From Bacteroidota bacterium (lineage in GTDB: Bacteria; Bacteroidota; Bacteroidia; AKYH767-A; OLB10), in the NCBI GenBank assembly GCA_016714005.1, contig JADJOA010000014.1:740407-804406 (forward strand): 64,000 bases of DNA. Direction: 5' to 3'. A program made the translations under genes and the position numbers. Of this stretch, positions 55,627-64,000 are shown piece by piece. A model generated the notes under the pieces. The model made no database searches. It saw nothing but the letters and a program-made list of their open reading frames with translations, and was not told where the DNA came from. The first letter of the stretch is position 1. Each line of letters begins with the position of its first letter.

Positions 55627-55903
55627 CACGCAGAGGCGCAAAGTTCGCAGAGAATTTTTTATTAGAAGAATTGTATTCTTAAATAGGGGCTTCAAATTAA
55701 ATTTATTAGTTTATATTAGTTTAACACAGATTTATAGATTAAAAGAAGAAATTAAAGTCATACATCTAAAATTATCACAAATTTCATACTGCTAAGGAGC
55801 ATTAGTGAAAATCAAACAATAAATTTTTATAATCTGTAAATCTGTGTTTGAAATAATACTTCGTTACATTTAAAAAACTCTGCGAACTTTGCGCCTCTGC
55901 GTG
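55627..55903. repeat. 26-bp perfect inverted repeats flanking a 225-bp AT-rich segment (candidate invertible switch or MITE), with a nested 18-bp IR
   Basis: Left cacgcagaggcgcaaagttcgcagag (55627-55652) equals the reverse complement of right ctctgcgaactttgcgcctctgcgtg (55878-55903). Inner IR aacacagatttatagatt (55723-55740) / aatctgtaaatctgtgtt (55831-55848), 17 of 18 matches. Confidence 0.8.
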
Positions 55904-55906
55904 ACA

Positions 55907-57464
55907 TTACTTCGCATAATTCACACTCCTTGTTTCTCTAATCACCGTAATTTTTACCTGACCGGGATAAGTCATCTCTGTTTGAATCTTTTGGGCAAGA
56001 TCGGCACTAAGTTGTTCTGTTTGTTGATCGCTTAATTTTTCGCTTTGCACAATTACGCGCAATTCTCTTCCGGCTTGTATTGCATAAGATTTTTCAACTC
56101 CCTGGTATGATAGCGCCATGTTTTCCAAATCCTTTAAACGCTTCATATACTGCTCAACCACTTCACGTCTTGCACCGGGGCGCGCACCGCTTATGGCATC
56201 GCACACTTGTATGATGGGTGAAATCATGGAGGTCATTTCAACCTCATCATGATGTGCACCGATGGCATTACAAACTTCCGGATTCTCTTTGCATTTTTCT
56301 GCCAGTTTCATTCCGTAAATAGCGTGTGGCAACTCAGGCTCCTCATCAGGCACTTTACCAATATCGTGTAACAAGCCTGCACGTTTTGCCAGCTTTACAT
56401 TTAAGCCTAACTCAGCAGCCATTATTGCGCAAAGGTTTGCTACCTCGCGTGAGTGCTGTAATAAATTTTGTCCGTAAGAAGAACGGTATTTCATTCTTCC
56501 AACATAACGTATCAGTTCAGGAGCAAGTCCATGTATACCTAAGTCAATAGCAGTGCGTTTTCCGGTTTCAATTATTTCTTCTTCCAACTGGCGTTTTACC
56601 TTGTTTACAACCTCTTCTATACGTGCAGGGTGAATACGACCATCACTTACCAACTGGTGCAAAGCAAGTCTTGCTGTTTCCCGCCTTATAGGATCAAAGC
56701 CTGAGAGAATAATTGCTTCGGGGGTATCGTCCACAATAATTTCTATTCCGGTGGCTGCCTCCAATGCACGAATATTTCTTCCTTCTCTTCCTATCACACG
56801 ACCTTTTACTTCATCACTTTCAATATGAAAAACCGTAACTGAGTTTTCAATTGCCTGCTCAGTTGCTACACGTTGAATGGTTTGAATTACTATACGCTTT
56901 GCCTCTTTGTTAGCAGTGAGTTTGGCTTCATCACTTACTTCTTTTACGTAAGCATGTGCCATGGTGCGGGCTTCTGCTTTAACCGTTTCCATCATTTGCT
57001 GTTTGGCCTCGTCTTTAGTCAAGCCAGCAATTTTTTCAAGAGCGGTTAATTGCTTCTCAATGTTTTTATCAAGTTCTTGCTTACGTGCATCTACTGCCTG
57101 CATTTGAGAGCGGAGGTTAGCTTGCAAGGCTTCATTTTCGGTTTGCTTGCGTTGCAGTTGCTCTAACTTCTGACTTGCTTCTCTTTCCTTCTGCTTGGTT
57201 CGGTTTTCCGATTCCTGAATTTTCTTGTCTTTTTCGTTGATAGCTTTTTCGTGTTCCGTTTTTAACTGGTAAAATTTGTCTTTGGCTTCAAGCAGTTTAT
57301 CTTTTTTTATACCTCTGCTTTTGCTTCGGCTTCTTTAATTATGCCTGCTGCTTTTTCCTCTGCGGCTTTAATGGTGGATGTGCCCGATTTGCGCGTAAAA
57401 ACCAGGCTAACAAAGCGCCCAGCACTGCCGCCCCTGCTATTTCTAATGCTATAATAATGTCCAT
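55907..57464 (-). CDS. rny: Ribonuclease Y (Rny); two additional frameshifts in the N-terminal region (57300-57420)
   Basis: KH domain ([13 protein letters not shown]), HD domain (LLHDIGK...HHDE), C-terminal conserved region. The TM start [23 protein letters not shown] is encoded at 57464 downward, in a shifted frame. Confidence 0.85.
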
Positions 57465-57547
57465 TTATTTTTGAGTGTTGTGTTAATTTGATTGATAATA
57501 TATTTGAAAATGTATAGGATGTTTATTTCTTTTGAATTTTGACTTTC

Positions 57548-57790
57548 CTCTCTTAAGCACTTAAAATAAAAACAACCTGCGCGCACCCCGTCTGTTATTA
57601 AACCCCTGATTGACATGGGTTGGAGCAGCCGGATTGTTCGCGACCCCTCCGGTAATTTGCATTACATTATAAACCGAAGCTTATAACTGGAGCCTCCACT
57701 TTGAATCCTGAGCCTTATTGCTCACATTATGTTTTAGTGTTGAGTTTAAAACATGTAAGCCGGAATGCGCGCACGTTGTTGGCAGAGCTC
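57548..57790 (-). ncRNA. Candidate structured RNA downstream of zapA (6S/SsrS-like by synteny only)
   Basis: The 360-nt non-coding gap is co-directional with its neighbours. The 5' segment caacgtgcgcgc can pair with the 3' segment gcgcgcaggttg, which is followed by UUUUUAUUUU on the minus strand. Confidence 0.25.
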
Positions 57791-57824
57791 AACCGTTGTT
57801 AAGGTGCCCGAAAATTTTTAAAAA

Positions 57825-58133
57825 TCAATGAAGAGCAAGATGCTTGTCAAGCAGGGAATCTATCACATCAATATGTTTAAGATTTCTTGTATGTGAGCTT
57901 TCTAATTGTTTCCTGAGTTCAAGTATTTCACCTGCAAGTTTAAGAGAGCAAAGGGTAAGTGCTTCCATTTGCTTGCCTGTGCTTTGCAGTTTGTCAAAAC
58001 CTGCAAGACCTGCATTAACCATTTGAGCAGCGTCTGTTAACTTCTTCTCTTCAGCTTTATTCGCTATCAGGTTAAAGTCATTGCCGGCAATGGTAATTTT
58101 AATGGGTGATGTACTCATTTTACTTTTAAGCAT
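57825..58133 (-). CDS. zapA: Cell-division protein ZapA-like
   Basis: 102 aa: IKITIAGNDFNLIANKAEEKKLTDAAQMVNAGL...LELRKQLE matches the ZapA pattern. Confidence 0.6.
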   Translation of the reverse strand: MLKSKMSTSPIKITIAGNDFNLIANKAEEKKLTDAAQMVNAGLAGFDKLQSTGKQMEALTLCSLKLAGEILELRKQLESSHTRNLKHIDVIDSLLDKHLALH

Positions 58134-58425
58134 TGAGGATAGACAGACATTTGTCTATTTCTCTGATGTATTCATTGATTTGTAGTTTCAACTTCCTCTT
58201 TGCGTCTATAGGGTTATCTGCAATTCGTTGTGCTAAGGTACTGGTTTTGGCTTTTAACTGAAAATCTTCCAACTGCTGTTTGTACACATTGTTTTGTTCA
58301 ACAAGCGCAGCATTCTTTTCTTTTATTTCAGCCGTAAGCACCATCATTTTTTTATTGGCATTAATGAGCAACCTCACTTTTTTTTCAAGTGTATTTAAGC
58401 GTTCTATAGTTTCATCGTTTGCCAT
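58126..58425 (-). CDS. Coiled-coil protein (ZapB-like) overlapping zapA start by 8 nt
   Basis: 99 aa, heptad-rich (LEKKVRLLINANKKMMVLTAEIKEKNAALVEQNNVYKQQLEDFQLK). Confidence 0.4.
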   Translation of the reverse strand: MANDETIERLNTLEKKVRLLINANKKMMVLTAEIKEKNAALVEQNNVYKQQLEDFQLKAKTSTLAQRIADNPIDAKRKLKLQINEYIREIDKCLSILNA

Positions 58426-58689
58426 AAATAAGCCTCACCTAAATAGCGTGAGTTATATTAATTTTTATTCCTTATAGTTTTCCTTTTGAATTTTAGCTGT
58501 TATTTCTTAATAAACTTTAGTTAACACACCCCTGCCCCCTCTCGCTTTCTCACTTGCTCACGCACAGAGGGGAATTGGTGAACTTCTTGATACTTTGTAC
58601 TCATTTATAATCAGAAACATTCTTCATTGCCTCACTAATCTTTACTAAATCATCTTCCAATTTGTTATTTCTTCTTTTTCTTAACGGTG

Positions 58690-59394
58690 TTATTGGCAAT
58701 GTTTTCGTTTTCTTTTTTCAAGCTTTGATTTTTTTTCGCGCAGTTTTTCTACATCTGCACCTTCGGCTGTCATTTTTGTTTCGTAATCACGCATGGAGGT
58801 ATTGTTGCGTTCAATTTTTTTATCGTTGCTTAGTATATCTCCTTGCACATCTTTCAGTTTGCTCTGTATTTTTTTTGTTTGCTCGTCATAAAAATATTTG
58901 TAATGAAAGCGGAGAAAATTCTTTACAAATTCTTCTGCTTTAGCAAATTCTTCTTTACGGAATTCTTCACCAAAATGTAAATCGTACCCGGGAGAAAACA
59001 TAAATGCTATAGCAGTGCCTCCACTCTCCAATGCAAACATGGCTCGCATGTCCATCCGTAAGTTTGAAATTTCAGAAAAGGTGGTTTTAGAAACGAGCAT
59101 CATGTTTTTGTTTTTCTTTTCCCCCTTTGCATTAAATGTTTTTTTAAGAAACTCGGCAAGTGTTGTGGTAGAATAGGCTACGTCCTGGTCAACATGTGCC
59201 ACCCATGAGTCAACGGTAATGCCTTCTTCGTTTTTCATGGCTTTTTTTTCTACTTCTAATTTTTGTGAGAAGGAAAAGTTGGAGAAGAGAATGCTGAAAA
59301 AGAACAAAAGGGTTTTCGCAGAGTTTCGCAGAGATAAGTGCAAAGTGCCGCTGAGAAATAGTTTTTGAAAAAATGTATTTAGCTTAGTAATCAT
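58690..59394 (-). CDS. Hypothetical secreted protein with C-terminal charged coiled-coil
   Basis: Signal-like N-terminus, then a KE-rich tail (KLREKKSKLEKRKRK). The C-terminus may be affected by a homopolymer indel. Confidence 0.45.
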   Translation of the reverse strand: MITKLNTFFQKLFLSGTLHLSLRNSAKTLLFFFSILFSNFSFSQKLEVEKKAMKNEEGITVDSWVAHVDQDVAYSTTTLAEFLKKTFNAKGEKKNKNMMLVSKTTFSEISNLRMDMRAMFALESGGTAIAFMFSPGYDLHFGEEFRKEEFAKAEEFVKNFLRFHYKYFYDEQTKKIQSKLKDVQGDILSNDKKIERNNTSMRDYETKMTAEGADVEKLREKKSKLEKRKRKHCQ

Positions 59395-59426
59395 GGGGAG
59401 CTGATTTCTATTTCACTTTTTACCAT

Positions 59427-60716
59427 TCATAATTCATAACTCATAATCTCTTTACGAATAAGCGTCTGACTTCTGTCAGGCCCAACAGAAACAATTACAA
59501 TTGGTAACTGCAATTCTTCTTCAATAAAAGAAATATAATTATTTAACTCTTCGGGAAACTTTTCTAATGATTTTATATTGTCAAGCGGCACGTTCCAGCC
59601 TTTCAGTTCTTTATACACTGGTGTAATGGGTTCGTTAACCACATTAAATGGAACAGAGGAAATCTTCTTGCCCATAAACATATAATGCGTGCATACTTGC
59701 AACGTAGGTAATATACTCAGCACATCACCTTTCATCATTATTAATTTGGTAACCCCATTCAGCATAATGGCATAGCGAAGCGCAGGTAAATCCAACCAGC
59801 CGCAGCGTCTTGGTCTGCCGGTGGTGCTGCCAAACTCATTACCGGCTTTGCGCAAAGCCTCTCCTGTTTCGTTTTCTAATTCGGTAGGGAACGGACCGCT
59901 TCCAACTCGTGTGCAATAGGCTTTAAAGATTCCAAACACATCACCAATTTTATTGGGTGCCACGCCTAAGCCCGTGCATGCACCGGCAGTAATAGTATTG
60001 CTTGATGTAACAAAAGGATAAGAACCAAAATCAATATCAAGCAATGAACCTTGCGCACCTTCCGCCAGAATTCTTTTTTTGCCTGCAAGGTGATTGTTTA
60101 TTTCGTACTCGCTGTCAATAAGCGTTAACGATTTTATACTGTCAATTCCTTCCAGCCATTTTTCTTGCTGTTCTTTTAAATCGTAAGCATAATTGTAATA
60201 GGAGAGAAGTGCCTTGTGTTTTTCTACCAACTGGTTGTAAGCATCTTCAAAATCTTGGCGTTCAATATCGCCTACACGCAAGCCATTACGCCCGGTTTTA
60301 TCCATGTAAGCAGGGCCAATTCCTTTTAGTGTACTGCCAATTTTAGCTTTTCCTTTAAGGGCTTCGCTGGCTGCATCTAAAAAACGGTGCGTAGGCAAAA
60401 TTAAATGTGCCTTGCGCGATACGAGCAACGTCTTTTTAACATCAATACCCATTTTTAAAAGGGCATCAATTTCCCTTTTAAAAATGATAGGATCAATAAC
60501 AACACCGTTACCAATAATGTTAAGTTTATTGGGGTGGAAAATACCTGAAGGTATGGTATGCAAAACGTGCTTTATGCCATCAAATTCCAATGTGTGACCG
60601 GCATTGGGTCCTCCCTGGAAACGTGCTATAATATCATATTCGGGAGTAAGCACATCTACCACTTTGCCTTTGCCTTCATCTCCCCACTGTAGTCCGAGTA
60701 ATACGTCCAACTTCAT
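59427..60716 (-). CDS. purA: Adenylosuccinate synthetase PurA
   Basis: 429 aa: MKLDVLLGLQWGDEGKGKVVD (P-loop), GPNAGHT, TTGRPRRCGWLD. Confidence 0.9.
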   Translation of the reverse strand: MKLDVLLGLQWGDEGKGKVVDVLTPEYDIIARFQGGPNAGHTLEFDGIKHVLHTIPSGIFHPNKLNIIGNGVVIDPIIFKREIDALLKMGIDVKKTLLVSRKAHLILPTHRFLDAASEALKGKAKIGSTLKGIGPAYMDKTGRNGLRVGDIERQDFEDAYNQLVEKHKALLSYYNYAYDLKEQQEKWLEGIDSIKSLTLIDSEYEINNHLAGKKRILAEGAQGSLLDIDFGSYPFVTSSNTITAGACTGLGVAPNKIGDVFGIFKAYCTRVGSGPFPTELENETGEALRKAGNEFGSTTGRPRRCGWLDLPALRYAIMLNGVTKLIMMKGDVLSILPTLQVCTHYMFMGKKISSVPFNVVNEPITPVYKELKGWNVPLDNIKSLEKFPEELNNYISFIEEELQLPIVIVSVGPDRSQTLIRKEIMSYEL

Positions 60717-60836
60717 TGAAAAATTTCTTTACTGGTTAAAGGGCGAAGGTAGGAAAATAAGTGAATTGTGAATGGTTTATACAGGTATCAGAAAGGAAAA
60801 TAAAAAGATGAGGAACAAAGTACTATGAATATACCT

Positions 60837-61544
60837 TTAACTGCGCACCATACAAACCTCAAACGGCAAGCCTGCGCAAACAGAAAATGCGTAGCCGTCT
60901 TTTACAAAAGCAGTAAGGAAAAGTTCGTGGGGGTGGTTTATGTCTAATTTTTTTTCAGCCACATTAATTTTTTTAATCATTTCACCTATTCCTCTGCCAA
61001 AAAATTTCAGGACAGATTCTTTTATCGCCCACAGTTTAAAAAATTCTTCCGTTGGGTTTTTTGACTGAATGATTTGTTTTTTTTCTGCTGCTAAAAAATA
61101 GTTGTCAATGATGCTTTCAAAATCAAATGACGGGTTGATGTATTCCAGATCGGCACCAACAGATGTTTCGGATAAGGCAATAAAGAATTTTTCGCGCGAA
61201 TGCGATATGTTGAATTGTATTTCTGAATCGGGTGTATCAATGTAAGGTTTGCCTGAAGGAATAGTTTTAAAAATAATTTCCAAAGGAGGCACGTGCAAAT
61301 ATTTGGCAAGTACTTTACGTAATGTGTGGTGGGTAGATTCGTAGAGAATTTTATCTTTTTCAAAATGAAATTTCGCTGCAATTGAATTTTCTTCTTCCGA
61401 CAAAAAAAGCTTTTCGCTGGTATTTTTTGAATCATCACAAAAACAAAAGATACAGTTTTGTACAGTAGCCGGTGGCTCATGTAAAAAGGAAACGTCTGAC
61501 AAAAAATTTATATGGAGTTTTGAGCTCCCTCTTAAATCAGTCAT
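60837..61544 (-). CDS. Sfp-type 4'-phosphopantetheinyl transferase
   Basis: SGKPY, FNISHS, GADLE and WAIKESVLK motifs. Confidence 0.75.
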   Translation of the reverse strand: MTDLRGSSKLHINFLSDVSFLHEPPATVQNCIFCFCDDSKNTSEKLFLSEEENSIAAKFHFEKDKILYESTHHTLRKVLAKYLHVPPLEIIFKTIPSGKPYIDTPDSEIQFNISHSREKFFIALSETSVGADLEYINPSFDFESIIDNYFLAAEKKQIIQSKNPTEEFFKLWAIKESVLKFFGRGIGEMIKKINVAEKKLDINHPHELFLTAFVKDGYAFSVCAGLPFEVCMVRS

Positions 61545-61709
61545 TCAAATGTTCCTTAATTATTTGTGCCAGTTGCGAGTGGTATTTTTCTTCCACAATA
61601 ATGGAATCATGTGAGCTGCCGGGAACTTTTATAACTTCCAGTTCCCCAATAACCAATTTTGTCCACCCTAAATTGTCGTCATACAAAGCAGCATTAGGGT
61701 CACCAGTTC

Positions 61710-64000
61710 TTATAAAGTTATTTTTTCATTTAATTGCTCTGTTGTGTAATTAAGCAATGCGGTGGAGTGAATAAATCTAATGTCGGGTTTAGCTTCTGTT
61801 GCCGTAACGCTTCCTGTCATTTTATCAAATTTTTTGCCGCTCACTTTTGCAAGAATTTTTCTTCCTACATTTTTGGCTTTATCAGTGGCAAACTCCACCT
61901 TCTTTTCCATGTCCATATCCATAAACTCGCTGGCAACTGCTACAACCTTGTTCATGGTTTTGCTTCCGGTTGGCGCATGGCTGTCAATCATGCAGCCGAA
62001 ATTTATTTTCTCACCGGCTTCTGTCAACTGCCTGCACATTTCAAACACAACCACACCGCCAAAACATAAACCAACTATATTATAAGGACCCACAGGCTGA
62101 ATTTTTTTCATTTCATCTATATAAAAAGATGCCATTTCTTTGATATCGGTATGAAAAGGTTTTTTCGGATCCAGCCCTTGGGGTTGTATAGCATAGACAG
62201 GTTGGTCTTCATCAAAATATTTTACAAGTACACGCCAACGCTGTGTGTTGCCGTTATGCATGTGCATGCAAAACAATGGCGTTTTATTTCCTTTGGGTTG
62301 AAATGGCACTATAACGGGAAAATCAATGTCAAGGTCATCGTTATTAATCAATTTGGCAAGCTGATGAATGGTGCTTGCACTAAACAATAGGGGTAATTCA
62401 GTTTTACACCTAATTTTTTTTTCAATCTCAGTCATCATTTTAATGCCAAGTAATGAATGACCACCTAACTCAAAAAAATTATCATGAATACCAATTCTGT
62501 CTAAGCTCAAAATGTTACTCCATATTTCAGTTAAAATATTTTCAACGGGCGTATTAGGCTCTTCAAAATTAATGTCGGTAACTTCTGTTTTTATTTCAGG
62601 TTTGGGTAACGCTTTGCGGTCTATTTTTCCGTTAGGAGTAAGCGGTAAATTTTCCATCTGTATAAATGCTGATGGGATCATATACTCCGGAACATAAGCA
62701 GCCAACAGAGTTTTAAAATCATCAGCTGTTGCAGTTTGACCTGATATGAGTGAGAAATAGGCTACTAACTTTTTATCACCAGGATTATCTTCCCGCGCAA
62801 TAACTACGCACTGCCTTACCGCGGTGTTTTTTTGCATCACCGTTTCTATCTCACCGGTTTCAATTCTATAGCCTCGGATTTTCACCTGATTATCTGTCCT
62901 TCCCGAATATTCAATATTGCCATCTATTCGCAATTTTCCTTTATCACCAGTAAAATAAATGCGCTTTATATTTTCATTGTCAAAAGATACATACACAAAT
63001 CTTTCTTCAGTCAATTGTTCGTTGTGATAGTATCCGGCAGATAATCCATCGCCACCAATATAAATATCACCTTCAACTCCAATGGGCACTCGCTGATAAA
63101 AACTATCAAGCACATAAACAGAAGTGTTAGCAAGTGGTTTTCCAATGTAAACCGGAATTTTTTCTGTTGTACTTTTTACAGGAGGTATTTTATATGTAGT
63201 ACTCCAGATGGTTGTTTCTGTGGGACCGTAAACATTTAAAACATTGTTGCAGTGGGCAGAAAGAAACGCTGCAAGGTCTGCTGGAACAGCTTCACCACCA
63301 ATCAAAATCTTTAAACTTTTTGACGGAACCCATTTGGCTTCCTGTAAAATTCTGAATGTAACCGGTGTTGCCTGAAACACCGTTACATTTTTTTTGTTGA
63401 ATTTTTGCGCCAATGTTTCCGCTTCCAAAGAATCGTTCTTAGAGGCAATTACAACTTTCCCTCCTGAAATGAGAGGTAGAAATAATTCAAGCCCTGCTAT
63501 GTCAAAAGAAATGGTTGTTACCGAGAGAAAGACATCTTTATCAGTAAAACTTAAATCTTTTTTAAATGACAACAGCAGATTAACGTATGCTTTGTGTTGA
63601 ATTTGCACACCTTTGGGTTTGCCTGTAGTGCCCGATGTGTAAAATCATGCATGCAAGTGCAGATGAATTTACATCGGACAATGAAATATTTGCCGGTACA
63701 GATAAAGTTTGTTGCCATCCATTATCTAACAGTGCACAGGTATGATTTTGTAATCTTAGTTTTTGTTTTACTTCACTGGTAGTAATAATTATTTTTGATT
63801 GGCTGTCATCAACCATGTAAGCAACTCGGTCGGAAGGAAACGATGGATCAACGGGTACGTATGCCGCACCCGATCTTAAAACAGCTAACAATGCTACCAC
63901 CATTTCAACCGAACGTTCTAAACAAACGCAAACAAAATCTCCCTGCTTTACTCCGTTGTTTATTAAATGTTTTGCAAGGAGGTCAGATTGTTGTTCTAAC
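61710..64000 (-). CDS. Non-ribosomal peptide synthetase, partial (A-PCP-TE), continuing past the window end; 1-nt deletion in the A3 core near 63615-63640
   Basis: A-domain cores (SGAAYVPVDP; LY|TSGTTGKPKGV; FDIAGLE; NVYGPTETT; GELYIGG-like DIYIGGDGLSAGY; YRTGD-like YFTGDKG; KIRGYRIE), PCP (FFELGGHSLL), C-terminal alpha/beta-hydrolase TE with GLCFGG (Cys in the GxSxG position). Confidence 0.8.

Noticed and set aside
1-64000. Interpreting the about 20 interrupted genes as a genuine wave of pseudogenisation (genome decay)
   Set aside because: Breaks hit essential genes (metG, sufC, sufS, rny). Each is a 1-nt change in an A/T homopolymer, so sequencing error is far more parsimonious.
1-64000. 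CRISPR arrays, IS elements, integrases, phage genes
   Set aside because: Scanned for short regular direct repeats and for transposase/integrase-like ORFs. None found in this window.

Overview
This window looks like a Bacteroidota chromosomal region (AT-rich; ten genes carry the T9SS / Por_Secre_tail C-terminal sorting domain). Positions 1 to about 33.3 kb form an accessory-looking block dominated by T9SS cargo genes. These include a 2561-aa beta-helix adhesin-like giant, two sets of tandem paralogs, a CotH-family protein and a BNR/Kelch propeller protein, together with a tRNA-Asn locus carrying strong terminators. The remainder is mostly conserved housekeeping: thiL, iscA-family, sufB-sufC-[2-gene insertion]-sufD-sufS, an RluB-like gene, metG, kynA, rny, zapA and purA. 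The window ends with an Sfp-type PPTase next to a partial NRPS (A-PCP-TE) that runs off the 3' edge. Structures not explained by gene calls include a 26-bp perfect inverted repeat bracketing a 225-bp segment between a polysaccharide-type ABC permease and rny, a 92-bp palindromic element, and a 118-bp identical 5' region shared by tandem paralogs. There are also 39-bp tandem repeats inside the RluB-like gene and a candidate structured RNA between zapA and rny. No CRISPR array, transposase or integrase was seen. Important caveat: at least 20 genes, including essential ones (metG, sufC, sufS, rny, thiL), are split by single-base indels, almost always inside A/T homopolymer runs. This most likely reflects systematic homopolymer sequencing error rather than true pseudogenes, so all 'frameshifted' calls below should be read that way.
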